A DNA stretch of 53,460 bases from a virus (taxonomy: Duplodnaviria; Caudoviricetes), in the IMG/VR virus record IMGVR_UViG_3300001534_000001, positions 1-53,460 of that record. One strand, written 5' to 3'. Position numbers and translations under genes: made by a program. Under the pieces are notes generated by a model, which worked only from the letters and a program-made list of their open reading frames with translations, had not been told where the DNA came from and did no database searches. Within the stretch, counting starts at the first letter, position 1, and each line of letters begins with the position of its first letter. Of the stretch, positions 38,518 through 47,817 are shown piece by piece.

Positions 38518-40731
38518 TTATACCTGAAATTCAGAGTAGTAAATACTTGCTTTTTGTGCAGATGTTTTTGGCTTCCAATTGGTAGGCAGTTTTGAAGCAT
38601 ATTCGCACCAGCCAACGGCTACACCTAAGTCTTTTTGCCCCCTGTTTGCCCAATTCATAGTAAGCAACTGACTGATTATATCCGGGTGATCAAGCGTATT
38701 GGCCCACTTACACGAAAGAGTCATCAGGTATCCGAAATACTCATTGATGGTTTTTTCAGTCGCGGTAACACCATCTTCCTCACTTTTGCCTTTTGCGTTT
38801 TTAGAAAGCTGTACGCCATCCATTTTGTAAAGATTATACTTCCGGTCGTCAACATGCTTCAACAAGCCGCTGGCTTTGTTTTTCTCCGGCATGAACTCAC
38901 AACCGTAGTATAAACAGGTTAAAATACAATCCTCATAAAAGTCTTCCGGGTTGGCATGGCGGTACAAATAAGTGCAGCAGTACCGATTTGTGATGAAATT
39001 GATACCGCCGTCTATCGGGTCGCCCATCTTTATACCTCTGGCTTCATCGTTAAACTGATAATACCTGTCCGGCTTACCATCAATATGCGTATCAAGGCGG
39101 CGCTTAACAGCTATTCCACCCAATGACCAGTCATCAGTAACCAATTTCTTTTGTTCGTATGGGTCAATACCGCAGATGAACGCTTGCGGGTTGCCTGGCT
39201 TCGCCCTCCATATCCCCTCAATCTTTTTATTGGCTTCGTATCCATAATCTTTCGGGTGAGCTGAAATAAGCCAGCGACCTTTTGAGTTTGGCTCCCAAAT
39301 AGCCTCTTTGCTTTCTTTATCATCGTCTTTCCACCTCAGATTACCGCGTACCCATGGTTTAAGATTGGTCCCGGTACGGGGATTTACATAATCATCAGAA
39401 TGTAGGTAGTGCTGACGCTTAGCCAATTTATCAACGTCAAACTGGCTTTCGTCTGTGATAGATGAGAATACTTCCTCAATGGTTAATGGATTGGCTCGCT
39501 GATGTTCCAGCATACCCACCATATCGCCAGATTCAAGGTAGTCTTTAGTTTTTTCCTCAATCCATTTACGTTCAGCCTCTTTTTGTGGCTTGCCAAACTT
39601 ATCGGCTGGTGCCCGGTCAAGTGCTGAACGGAATATGCGGCGCATCCGGTTAAGGCTCGTCATGCCAGTAGGCTTCATTACAGGTTTAGCCTGCGCCCAC
39701 TTTTTCTTAGCCCATAACAATGACTTTCCAGACTTCATTTCCTCAACGGTCGATGTTTCAAGTATCTTTCCTACCTGTCTGTCGAGTATCCTGCTATTGA
39801 TGGCTGGTTGAAAAACTTTTAATAATTTTGAGGGGTCAAACTTTTCAGCCTTACCAAACTCATCAATATACACGCGGCCATAGGTTCCACCGTCAAAATA
39901 ACGCTCGGTATATGGCCCGAAAAGAACTTCTGAATTTAATTCAGGGTATTCATAGTCAATTCCGGATTGTGTATTTGTGCCGGATTCTGCCTGCTGTGCT
40001 TTGATCTTCCCTTTTGTGATTGCTTCTGTAGGATATTTAAACTCCAATCCTTCGGCTGGCGCTGTTGTGCCGCGATTTATTGGCTTGAAATACCAGATCA
40101 TTTCTTTATGTCCGTAAACAAGCCTATCGTATGATTTAGCTACATGCTCATCACCCAGGCATGACTGCATACAACACTTTTGGCCTGATACGCGCGAAGT
40201 GTATTCCCATATCATAAACACAGAAAATTCAGTATCGCCGATCTGCCTGGCTTTAAAATCTGATAGTCCGTCCCAATTCGGATCGCGCACCGTATCAATC
40301 CATATCCACCATAATTCAAGGGCTGAATACAGATAACGAACTTCCTGAAGGGAGATAAGTTTCCAGTAATTTAGGAAAATATAAAATGGACCTGGCAACC
40401 AAAGTTTCTCACCTCCGATAAATATCCAAACTCCGTTATGGCGCCGCTGATATTCTCTATCTATAAAATAATCAACCTGTTCTTCTGTCCATGGGTCCTC
40501 GTGATAACGTCCCGGAAAGCGAACCTGGTCTGGAATAAATGTCTTTCTGAATATTTGTTCATCTATCGGTAATCCATAATTGATACAGTCCTCGTCTGCT
40601 GCTTCTTCAGGCATCAGTACTTGATAATCGTAAAGCTCGATAAACTTTGATTCGGCCCCCCAGCGCAGGTCGTAGGGTTTTAATCCTTGCAGGTCGATGG
40701 TTTGATTAGATTGATCAATTTCGCCCAGCAT
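38518..40731 (-). CDS. terL: Terminase large subunit
   Basis: Walker A-like KARQIGDT, Walker B VYIDEFGK, nuclease ICGIDPY, and Y.YRH..PEDFYED...YYGC...PEKN as in crAss-like terminases. Confidence 0.9.
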   Translation of the reverse strand: MLGEIDQSNQTIDLQGLKPYDLRWGAESKFIELYDYQVLMPEEAADEDCINYGLPIDEQIFRKTFIPDQVRFPGRYHEDPWTEEQVDYFIDREYQRRHNGVWIFIGGEKLWLPGPFYIFLNYWKLISLQEVRYLYSALELWWIWIDTVRDPNWDGLSDFKARQIGDTEFSVFMIWEYTSRVSGQKCCMQSCLGDEHVAKSYDRLVYGHKEMIWYFKPINRGTTAPAEGLEFKYPTEAITKGKIKAQQAESGTNTQSGIDYEYPELNSEVLFGPYTERYFDGGTYGRVYIDEFGKAEKFDPSKLLKVFQPAINSRILDRQVGKILETSTVEEMKSGKSLLWAKKKWAQAKPVMKPTGMTSLNRMRRIFRSALDRAPADKFGKPQKEAERKWIEEKTKDYLESGDMVGMLEHQRANPLTIEEVFSSITDESQFDVDKLAKRQHYLHSDDYVNPRTGTNLKPWVRGNLRWKDDDKESKEAIWEPNSKGRWLISAHPKDYGYEANKKIEGIWRAKPGNPQAFICGIDPYEQKKLVTDDWSLGGIAVKRRLDTHIDGKPDRYYQFNDEARGIKMGDPIDGGINFITNRYCCTYLYRHANPEDFYEDCILTCLYYGCEFMPEKNKASGLLKHVDDRKYNLYKMDGVQLSKNAKGKSEEDGVTATEKTINEYFGYLMTLSCKWANTLDHPDIISQLLTMNWANRGQKDLGVAVGWCEYASKLPTNWKPKTSAQKASIYYSEFQV

Positions 40732-41348
40732 TACATCAATACCCCTTTCTGTGCGTATTTTTCAGGATAGTTCTTTATTTTCCTGATAACCACAAGGGCA
40801 ACAGGTCGCGCCATCTTGCTATCCTTGAAAACAATTGCCTCAATTTCTTTTAAGTCTTTACCAACCAGGCGTATCTGATCGCGCATCTTCACCCGCCAGT
40901 TGGCATATTTCTCCATTGTTTCATCAGTATCCCGCTGGCGGTTACTTTCCGAAAGAAGCATATCGTAGGTTTGTTTGGTCATTGCCCACTCATTAAAATC
41001 AATATTTAACTGCATCTTCAGATAAGCATACCAGCATTCAGCGACCCCTTCATGTTTATATTCAACAACCTTTTTAAAAAAATCCTTCCCTTTTTTATTT
41101 TCAACCCCTATTTCAAGAAAATCAAAAATGCTTTTTATCATTAACTCCCTGTCAGCCCTCATTTTTAAAAATGGGCTATCAGCATCGGCGGTGAATACGG
41201 AAATTTTTATGATATTATCATCCTGCTGCTGTTTAAATTCAGCAAAGGCGTTCAGTTCAGGGAAGTGATCAACAAGGCGCTTACCCTTTGGAACATCCGC
41301 TGGATTGATAAGCAGTTTTGAAAAATCATAGTGTAATGCTGAACTCAT
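40731..41348 (-). CDS. Hypothetical protein, candidate terminase small subunit
   Basis: 205 aa, helical; overlaps the terL start by one base; function inferred from position only. Confidence 0.45.
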   Translation of the reverse strand: MSSALHYDFSKLLINPADVPKGKRLVDHFPELNAFAEFKQQQDDNIIKISVFTADADSPFLKMRADRELMIKSIFDFLEIGVENKKGKDFFKKVVEYKHEGVAECWYAYLKMQLNIDFNEWAMTKQTYDMLLSESNRQRDTDETMEKYANWRVKMRDQIRLVGKDLKEIEAIVFKDSKMARPVALVVIRKIKNYPEKYAQKGVLM

Positions 41349-41361
41349 TGGCTCAAATCTA

Positions 41362-41571
41362 TTAAAATCTTTTCGTTTTTTGTTTTTTTAAGAAATTTTG
41401 TCTTGCTTTTTCAATATCCTGACCTTTATCGATATATATTTTTGTTCTATGATCGATAATAACTTCTATTTTGTTACTTAAATCAAAGGGTATTGTTTTA
41501 AAAACCTTGTCCTGAACCCTTACGGCCTTCACCGCTTTTTGTTTACCGCCATTATGTATTTGTTTTGCCAT
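41362..41571 (-). CDS. Small basic hypothetical protein
   Basis: 69 aa; IDHRTKIYIDKG motif; coupled to neighbours. Confidence 0.55.
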   Translation of the reverse strand: MAKQIHNGGKQKAVKAVRVQDKVFKTIPFDLSNKIEVIIDHRTKIYIDKGQDIEKARQNFLKKQKTKRF

Positions 41572-41575
41572 GATA

Positions 41576-42568
41576 TTAAACTTTTGGTAGTCCGTTAATA
41601 TTCCCAGAAGGGAACCATCCTAAAATATCCTTACGGTGTATCCGGTGCAAAATATTCTTTTTGAAAATTACTCGGTGATGCTCTACTTCCAGCCGCTTCT
41701 TATGCCGGCCATCGAACATAATTTTATCCCCCGGCTTATTCCCCGGCGTATTCTGAACCCCATACTCTCCGCCGCGCCCCGGGAAGTCAGCATACGACTT
41801 AACACCGCAGCCACATGATAATATCGTACCGTACCAAACATTCCCATTATGCACATATTTCGCATCCGGGTGCTTCCCTTCCGGCAAAAACAAATCCATT
41901 TCAGTTTTATAGCCACGTACACCCTGGGCGCTAACCTCTGTCGCATATTCAAGTATGCGTATCAACACAAGCCCATTCAGCATGTACACATCCGGGATCT
42001 GAACATTGTTGAAATCCGTTGTCGGCTTAAACCTCATTAAAAGTAAATCATACGGAACTAAAATATAAACTCCCTCATCGGTTTCTATCCTGCGCCCTTC
42101 CTTGATAGCATCCAGCCTCGTGGTGTACTCAAAGTAAACCCGGTCGCCCTCTTTTACCTCCATAGGTACATCGTACGCCATAGAGGCTCTACGGAGGTCG
42201 GCAATCTCTTTCTGAACGCCGCTTCGCTTATACCGGGAATATTCGGCAAACTCTTTCGATTTTATCTCCCGCTCTTTGTCGGTGGACGTAGTTTCGGTGT
42301 ACTGCTTGAGCGTAGCCATCTGGTAGCCATTGAAAATAAGCTGCTCCGGTGTTTTAACCACTATTCCGGTCAGCCCCAGGTGACTTGCCTGGTTGGCTCC
42401 CCAAGGCGCCACGTACAGGCCGGTATCTTCGCCTGTTTCGCGGTTGTGGTAGCGTTCGTGGTCGCCGTCGAGCTTTATCAGTACGTAATTGAAAGGAATT
42501 TGGATGCGGTTCACATCAATTATCTCGAAACCGTAGCAATCTTTTTTTATTTCGGGTGTGTCTATCAT
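41576..42568 (-). CDS. GroES/Cpn10-like protein with tandem domains
   Basis: PFNYVLIK...TGIVVKTP...EVKEGDRVYF...YILVPYDLL and a second unit LNGLVLIR...GTILSCG...KPGDKIMF...RIHRKDILG. Confidence 0.65.
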   Translation of the reverse strand: MIDTPEIKKDCYGFEIIDVNRIQIPFNYVLIKLDGDHERYHNRETGEDTGLYVAPWGANQASHLGLTGIVVKTPEQLIFNGYQMATLKQYTETTSTDKEREIKSKEFAEYSRYKRSGVQKEIADLRRASMAYDVPMEVKEGDRVYFEYTTRLDAIKEGRRIETDEGVYILVPYDLLLMRFKPTTDFNNVQIPDVYMLNGLVLIRILEYATEVSAQGVRGYKTEMDLFLPEGKHPDAKYVHNGNVWYGTILSCGCGVKSYADFPGRGGEYGVQNTPGNKPGDKIMFDGRHKKRLEVEHHRVIFKKNILHRIHRKDILGWFPSGNINGLPKV

Positions 42569-43287
42569 ATCAAAATTAGTTTTTGTTGAATGTTATTGAA
42601 AGTATTTACTTCGTTGCACCAGATACCCTCGTACTGAATGCCCGTACGCCCTTTATGGGATCCCAAAGGTAAGAAGTCCATCCATGTAGCCCTAAGCGAT
42701 TCGCAAACCATTGTTTGGCCTATTCGGTCCCGGGACCAACCAGCTAAATATTCAAAGTCAATATTTTTTGAACTTTCGGGATAGCAGCCGCCCCCAAATT
42801 GATACGGTGGGTCGATAAACCAAGTAGCTAACTGATTTTCGATATCTTCGTACGATGCACAAATTATTTTCCAATGCCTGATTTTAAAAAGACTTTGTTC
42901 AATTTTTTTGAGAGAGTAATTTAAAAAGTTTGGCCGGAAAAAATGTTTTCTTGTAGCCGTTAGTCGGGGCTTTTCAAGTCCGTATCCAACCAAAAACCCC
43001 ATCAACATCTTTGCTTCTTCACAATCAAAAGTAAATTCTTCTAACGTTTGTCCTGATTTAATTTGATGAGGGAGTTTTTTTATATCATCAACAGAGCACA
43101 ATTGCAACCACTTCCAAATTTTAATAATCACCTCGTACTTGTCAACCAACAAAACATCTTTTTGCCAATATTTCAGTGCATAACGTGCGGTACCCGCAAA
43201 TGGTTCAATTATTTTATCATGCACCGGCGCAGGGTAAAGATCAATCACATTCGTTTTTGCTCCGTAATAACTCCACATATCATTCAA
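42565..43287 (-). CDS. Dam/D12-like N6-adenine DNA methyltransferase
   Basis: SYYGAK, IIEPFAGTA (motif I), FIDPPY (motif IV). Confidence 0.8.
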   Translation of the reverse strand: MNDMWSYYGAKTNVIDLYPAPVHDKIIEPFAGTARYALKYWQKDVLLVDKYEVIIKIWKWLQLCSVDDIKKLPHQIKSGQTLEEFTFDCEEAKMLMGFLVGYGLEKPRLTATRKHFFRPNFLNYSLKKIEQSLFKIRHWKIICASYEDIENQLATWFIDPPYQFGGGCYPESSKNIDFEYLAGWSRDRIGQTMVCESLRATWMDFLPLGSHKGRTGIQYEGIWCNEVNTFNNIQQKLILI

Positions 43288-43537
43288 AATTAGTAATTCT
43301 CCTTATTTTCGTGTACGTATCGTCAAACTCAAAGGGGTAGCCAGCGTCGATGAAGCCCTTCACCGTCTCGCTGATCTTCTCGAAGTCTGCTCGGTTGTCA
43401 ATTCGAAACCATTCAAACTTAGCCATCGTCAGCAAAACATCAAGCAACTTTTGCTCGAAGGTTTTATCCTGGTAAAAATCGGGCTTATTAGAACGGAAGG
43501 TCTTTGCTGTCTTCTTCATTTGATGAAATAAATTCAA
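43280..43537 (-). CDS. Hypothetical protein
   Basis: 85 aa overlapping the dnaB 3' end; FEFDDTYTKIRR C-terminus. Confidence 0.55.
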   Translation of the reverse strand: MNLFHQMKKTAKTFRSNKPDFYQDKTFEQKLLDVLLTMAKFEWFRIDNRADFEKISETVKGFIDAGYPFEFDDTYTKIRRITNFE

Positions 43538-45005
43538 TTTCTGATTCTTTTATGGTTTCGTGGTTTTTGTCAACAGAATATGACGGAGAATACTCCCAGT
43601 CTTTAAACCGCATCTTCGCCCCATTAAAATCAACTATAGCAGTTTCACATTTGCCATTCCTGTTTTTAGCGATAATAACTTCTGCCTTACCAACAGTTGA
43701 AAACCCATTCTTATCCTGATAAATCCCATAATATTCATCCCGGTATAAAAAAAGCACCATATCAGCATCCTGCTCAATGGAACCCGACTCGCGAAGGTCA
43801 GAAAGCATTGGCCGTTTGTTACCCGGCCTCGATTCAACTGCCCTGCTTAATTGTGACAGCGCAATCACCGGCACATTCAATTCTTTGGCAACTCCTTTCA
43901 AACACCTGGTAATACTACTTATTTCCTGTTCCCTATTTCCTGACCTGCCATCTTTTTTACCTTCCATTAGTTGCAGATAATCAACAATAATCAACTGAAT
44001 ATTCTGATCAGCCTTTAAACGACGACACTTCGCCCGGAACTCAAATATATTCAAACCTGCTGTATCATCAATAATTAATTTTGCGTCATTCAGCGGCCCG
44101 ATAAGCTGATCTATCCGTCGTTCATCTTCTTCGGATAAATTATGTGTCAGTAATTTTTCTACGTGCGTATCAGTTTCCCCGGCTATCATCCGGTTGGTTA
44201 ATTGGATATCACTCATTTCAAGTGAAAAGATTACTACCGGTATATCAAAGTTAATTGCAGCACTTTTAGCGCAAGAAACCACGAACGCCGTTTTACCCAT
44301 GCTCGGACGAGCCGCAATGATGATAAGATCTGTTTTCTGCCATCCATGTGTTAACCGGTCTATAGAATCTATCCCGGAAGATATTCCTGTTATCCCATTA
44401 AGAACTGGTTTACTGTATTCTTTACGGCACTCACTAACCAGGTCCCGCACATTCCGGGCTTGTTTTGTTGTTTTATTGTTTGTAAGGGAAAGTACTTCTG
44501 ACTGGTTTTTTTCTATTAAATCAAAAATATCTACAGTATCGTCGTATGCTTCCTGTATGGCGGTAGATGAAATTCGTATCGTTTCCCTGGCCAGGTACTT
44601 CTCATAAATAATTTTTGTATTGAAGTCCCAATTGTTACGGGTTGATTTTGATAATTCAGTAATTGCATAAGCGCCGCCTACTATTTCAAGTTCTCCCTGT
44701 CGACGCAATTGTGTGATCACGGTAAGCTCATCTATCGGATCGTGTTTCTCGTAAAGAACCCGCATCGCTGAAAAAACTTTTTGATGGTTGTCTTTATAAA
44801 AATATTCCGGCTTCATAAATTCCATTACATTGAAAATAGTATGATCATGGTTCATCATTGAGCCCAGCAACGCTTCTTCAGCATCACAAGCCTGCGGTGG
44901 TAACTTTCCTAATCCGGAATACGGAGTGTTTTTGTCATTGCGACTACGCCGTTCATTAGCGCCTTCGTTTTTACGTTCGTAATAATCTTTTGTTGCTTCA
45001 CTCAT
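43488..45005 (-). CDS. dnaB: Replicative DNA helicase DnaB
   Basis: GKLPPQA N-terminus, IIAARPSMGKT, FSLEM, IVDYLQLM, ALSQLSR, DLRESGSIEQDAD, IAKNRNG. Confidence 0.97.
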   Translation of the reverse strand: MSEATKDYYERKNEGANERRSRNDKNTPYSGLGKLPPQACDAEEALLGSMMNHDHTIFNVMEFMKPEYFYKDNHQKVFSAMRVLYEKHDPIDELTVITQLRRQGELEIVGGAYAITELSKSTRNNWDFNTKIIYEKYLARETIRISSTAIQEAYDDTVDIFDLIEKNQSEVLSLTNNKTTKQARNVRDLVSECRKEYSKPVLNGITGISSGIDSIDRLTHGWQKTDLIIIAARPSMGKTAFVVSCAKSAAINFDIPVVIFSLEMSDIQLTNRMIAGETDTHVEKLLTHNLSEEDERRIDQLIGPLNDAKLIIDDTAGLNIFEFRAKCRRLKADQNIQLIIVDYLQLMEGKKDGRSGNREQEISSITRCLKGVAKELNVPVIALSQLSRAVESRPGNKRPMLSDLRESGSIEQDADMVLFLYRDEYYGIYQDKNGFSTVGKAEVIIAKNRNGKCETAIVDFNGAKMRFKDWEYSPSYSVDKNHETIKESEIEFISSNEEDSKDLPF

Positions 45006-45832
45006 GGTCTATCATCGTGATTAATTCTTTGGTTTGTTGGCGCAATTATTGAATTTCCATTAAATGGTTTGTTAATAAATGGTTCTTTCTTTGCCCATGT
45101 TGCAAGTCGTTTAGATAATTCCCATGTTTTTTCAGATTCCCATCTCATACGACTACGTGATTTATTTGGTTCGTTCCAATATTCAAAAAAATCGTGAACC
45201 ATATCTTTTGTGTAAGGGCCTTTGTTTTTACCGTAATTAGTGAATGGAAATAAACTTGTTTTGAATTTTTCTTTTCTATCATCAAAAGTAGAAATCCACT
45301 TATTTATTGGTGGTTTGGACGGAGGCGGTGAAACCGCATCAGGCAACATAACTTTAGTTATGTCTTCTATACTCTTCTCTTCTCTTATATACTCTTCTAT
45401 AGTATGTGGTTTTACGGGTACTTTTACTCCATTAAGTACACCTAAACTGGTTAAAAGTACCCGTAAACCATCAATTGTTATACAATTATTATTTCTTTTC
45501 TTATATGCCTCTTGAATATTGTCGATAAAATACTGACACCAAATTATCTTATACTCCCATAATTCTTTATCAAACTTTCCGAGTTTAGCCAGGTAGGATA
45601 TTATTTCTAAAAGCAATTCTTCAGATACATTACACCTGGATGAAAGGTATATTAATTCATCTTCATTATTAAGATCAAGATAATGATATTCAGTGGAAGC
45701 AAGTTTGTCAAGAATTTTAAAAAAAGCGGCATAGCCGTCATTTTTATATTTTTTATCAAGAGAATACATCTTTTTACCATCTTCAACGATATGAGGATAA
45801 TAATCTACTGTATTACGTTCTGGCCTGGCCAT
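45002..45832 (-). CDS. Phage replication initiator (DUF4373/Lin1244-like N-terminus)
   Basis: MARPERNTVDYYPH...KYKNDGYAAFFKIL; EEYIREEKSIE linker; FFEYWNEPNKS...MRWE.EKTWELSKRLATW C-domain; overlaps the dnaB start. Confidence 0.75.
   Translation of the reverse strand: MARPERNTVDYYPHIVEDGKKMYSLDKKYKNDGYAAFFKILDKLASTEYHYLDLNNEDELIYLSSRCNVSEELLLEIISYLAKLGKFDKELWEYKIIWCQYFIDNIQEAYKKRNNNCITIDGLRVLLTSLGVLNGVKVPVKPHTIEEYIREEKSIEDITKVMLPDAVSPPPSKPPINKWISTFDDRKEKFKTSLFPFTNYGKNKGPYTKDMVHDFFEYWNEPNKSRSRMRWESEKTWELSKRLATWAKKEPFINKPFNGNSIIAPTNQRINHDDRP
45411..45468. repeat. Iteron-like repeats inside the initiator gene (candidate origin)
   Basis: Perfect 16-bp inverted repeat TTTACGGGTACTTTTA (45411-45426) / TAAAAGTACCCGTAAA (45452-45467), with a degenerate third copy AAGTACACCTAAAC between them. 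Confidence 0.7.
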
Positions 45833-45858
45833 AGGATTATTTATTTAAGTTTGTAGTT

Positions 45859-46131
45859 TCAAAATCCGACTATTTGTTTATCAAATTCTACCTGGAATTT
45901 TTGTTTATTATACATTAATTCAGGATAATGTAATGTCAAAAAACAAATAATCGCTTTTTCATAAACCATGGCATTTTGTTTAGATGTATTTCCATAAATA
46001 CGTCTATAACCATTAAATTTCTTATCTCTTTTATGTGCAGTTAATCGTTTAGGTATATTGTCAGAGCAGCCAACATAAACGGGAATACCGTCACTGTAGA
46101 GTACATACACAAACCAAAATCCATTTGCCAT
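45859..46131 (-). CDS. GIY-YIG nuclease family protein
   Basis: FVYVL...PVYVGCS..IPKRLTAH...E..II...YNK. Confidence 0.8.
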   Translation of the reverse strand: MANGFWFVYVLYSDGIPVYVGCSDNIPKRLTAHKRDKKFNGYRRIYGNTSKQNAMVYEKAIICFLTLHYPELMYNKQKFQVEFDKQIVGF

Positions 46132-46170
46132 AGGTTTAATTATTTTTAAAAATTAGGTGGTAGGAAAGCC

Positions 46171-46350
46171 TTAAACAGCAATCTTAGATGCTTGTAATAA
46201 GATGTTTTTAATTTTTGTTTCAATTTCTGCCGACATGGTTGCATTACCAGCCAGCATCATTGATAGGTGAGCTGAACTGATACCTACCTTGTCGGCAATG
46301 AAACTTTTTAAGAGTCCCGACGCTTCAATATCTTTTTTAAGTTTTTCCAT
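46171..46350 (-). CDS. Cro/XRE-like HTH regulator (59 aa)
   Basis: Not in the ORF track. MEKLKKDIEASGLLKSFIADKVGISSAHLSMMLAGNATMSAEIETKIKNILLQASKIAV; TATGTTTG box at 46355-46362. Confidence 0.8.
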   Translation of the reverse strand: MEKLKKDIEASGLLKSFIADKVGISSAHLSMMLAGNATMSAEIETKIKNILLQASKIAV

Positions 46351-46387
46351 GCGACAAACATATTTAATTATTTTTAAATAAACAAAT

Positions 46388-46478
46388 AAAAATAAACCGG
46401 GAGAAACATCAATAACCCCCGGTCTTTATTTCTACAGGATCATAACAACATCCCCTGGCGGGAAAGGTGTATTGCAGA
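46388..46478 (-). ncRNA. Candidate small RNA (about 90 nt)
   Basis: Own TAACTTTG box (46483-46490), no substantial ORF, ends in a GACCGGG...CCCGGT hairpin plus U-tract; complementary to early-gene leaders. Confidence 0.5.
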
Positions 46479-46498
46479 AGCACAAAGTTAAATATATT

Positions 46499-47041
46499 TT
46501 ATGCTTCAACAAGATTTAAATTAGCAAATTCTCCATGATGCACCTTAGCTGCACAGTTATATGCCAAAGCTGCCATTTTTTCATCTTTAAATGTTCCCAA
46601 ATGTATAGATTTTTCAGAGTTTTTTATTTTTGCAATCCATCTTTTTCGATTACTATCAAAATGTACACCTAAATATTTAGAAGTTGATCCAATTTTAGAA
46701 CATTTATTTTTATTATTTTGTGAAATATCAGCATCTCTTAGGTTATCTATAAAGTCATTTAGAGTATTTCTATCCTTGTGATCCACTATAGGTGGCAGAT
46801 AACCATGATGCCATAGAAATATTAATCGAGACGAATGATAATGATCTCTATTAATACCAACAACATATCTAAAACCATACTTACATTTTGCTTTTTTACC
46901 CGCAACTGTACCAATGCTTATATCACTCCTTGGTTTTATTTTCCAATAAAGCCTTCCGTCTTTGTAATCGAAAAGTGTTTTAACAAATTCTTGTGTGATG
47001 CCATTTATTTTTTCTCTGATACCACGTTTTTGATTTTTCAT
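46499..47041 (-). CDS. HNH endonuclease with C-terminal AP2 domain
   Basis: SRLIFLWHHG..P..VDHKDRNTLND.IDNLR..N; SKYLGVH...WIAKI...HLGTF.DE..AALAYN.AA...HGEFANLN. Confidence 0.92.
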   Translation of the reverse strand: MKNQKRGIREKINGITQEFVKTLFDYKDGRLYWKIKPRSDISIGTVAGKKAKCKYGFRYVVGINRDHYHSSRLIFLWHHGYLPPIVDHKDRNTLNDFIDNLRDADISQNNKNKCSKIGSTSKYLGVHFDSNRKRWIAKIKNSEKSIHLGTFKDEKMAALAYNCAAKVHHGEFANLNLVEA

Positions 47042-47051
47042 AATAAAAAGA

Positions 47052-47162
47052 CCCGGCAAATCAATGTGCGTAGTAAATCAATCCGAAAGAAGGAATTACC
47101 ATTGATCTGACCGGGAATATTTTAAGGTGAAATTTTCATTTTAAGAATTGATTAACTACGCA
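47052..47162 (-). promoter_or_regulatory. Structured leader with interleaved inverted repeats (attenuator-like)
   Basis: Pair A: 47052-47066 with 47100-47115, followed by a U-tract on the minus strand. Pair B: 47067-47082 with 47147-47162. TATATTTG box at 47166-47173. Confidence 0.6.
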
Positions 47163-47181
47163 TCACAAATATATAAATAAA

Positions 47182-47796
47182 TTACGCTGTTATCAATTCT
47201 CCCTGAACTTTTTTCAATTTATGCTCCGTGTTCACATGAGGCACATTAGGCAGTTCTATCTGCTGTTGCATCCCGGCGCCGTGCTTCTTGCGTGAATTAT
47301 ACAAATCCGCCTCTGTAAGCAACCTATCTATCTGCTCGTCCAGTATATCCACCAGCGGATAATTATATCCTTCCGGCTCACGTTTAAGTGGTATGGATGG
47401 CGTTTTCAGCTTTACTACCTCGCCTGAACTGGTCGTCTTGGTGCCAAATATCTGCACACCATCCGAAGCGTGCTTCCCCTGGATAAGAATACCGGTAATA
47501 TCCAATCCGCCAAAGCGATCCTTTTCTTCCTCGGTGTCAGCAATGAAATCATTGAAGTGGACCGCCTGTAGATAGTTACCATTGCAGTCGGTAGGCGTAT
47601 GCAACTCACAGGCGATAAGTAGGTGCGGCTTCAGCTTGTCCATGGCCCGTTCAAAGTCTGCATGGCGTGGAAGGTCGCTCCGCTTGATGTTCTTGTCGTT
47701 AATGGGCTCATTGCTGTCCCGAGGTTGCTGTGATTCATCGAAGCCGATGAATGTTTCGTCTTTCTTGAAAACGATGTGTTTGATTTTAATTGCCAT
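47182..47796 (-). CDS. Hypothetical phage protein
   Basis: 204 aa; PRHADFERAM..LKPHL and VKLKTPSI motifs; function unknown. Confidence 0.65.
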   Translation of the reverse strand: MAIKIKHIVFKKDETFIGFDESQQPRDSNEPINDKNIKRSDLPRHADFERAMDKLKPHLLIACELHTPTDCNGNYLQAVHFNDFIADTEEEKDRFGGLDITGILIQGKHASDGVQIFGTKTTSSGEVVKLKTPSIPLKREPEGYNYPLVDILDEQIDRLLTEADLYNSRKKHGAGMQQQIELPNVPHVNTEHKLKKVQGELITA

Positions 47797-47817
47797 AATT
47801 GATTATTTATTTGATTT

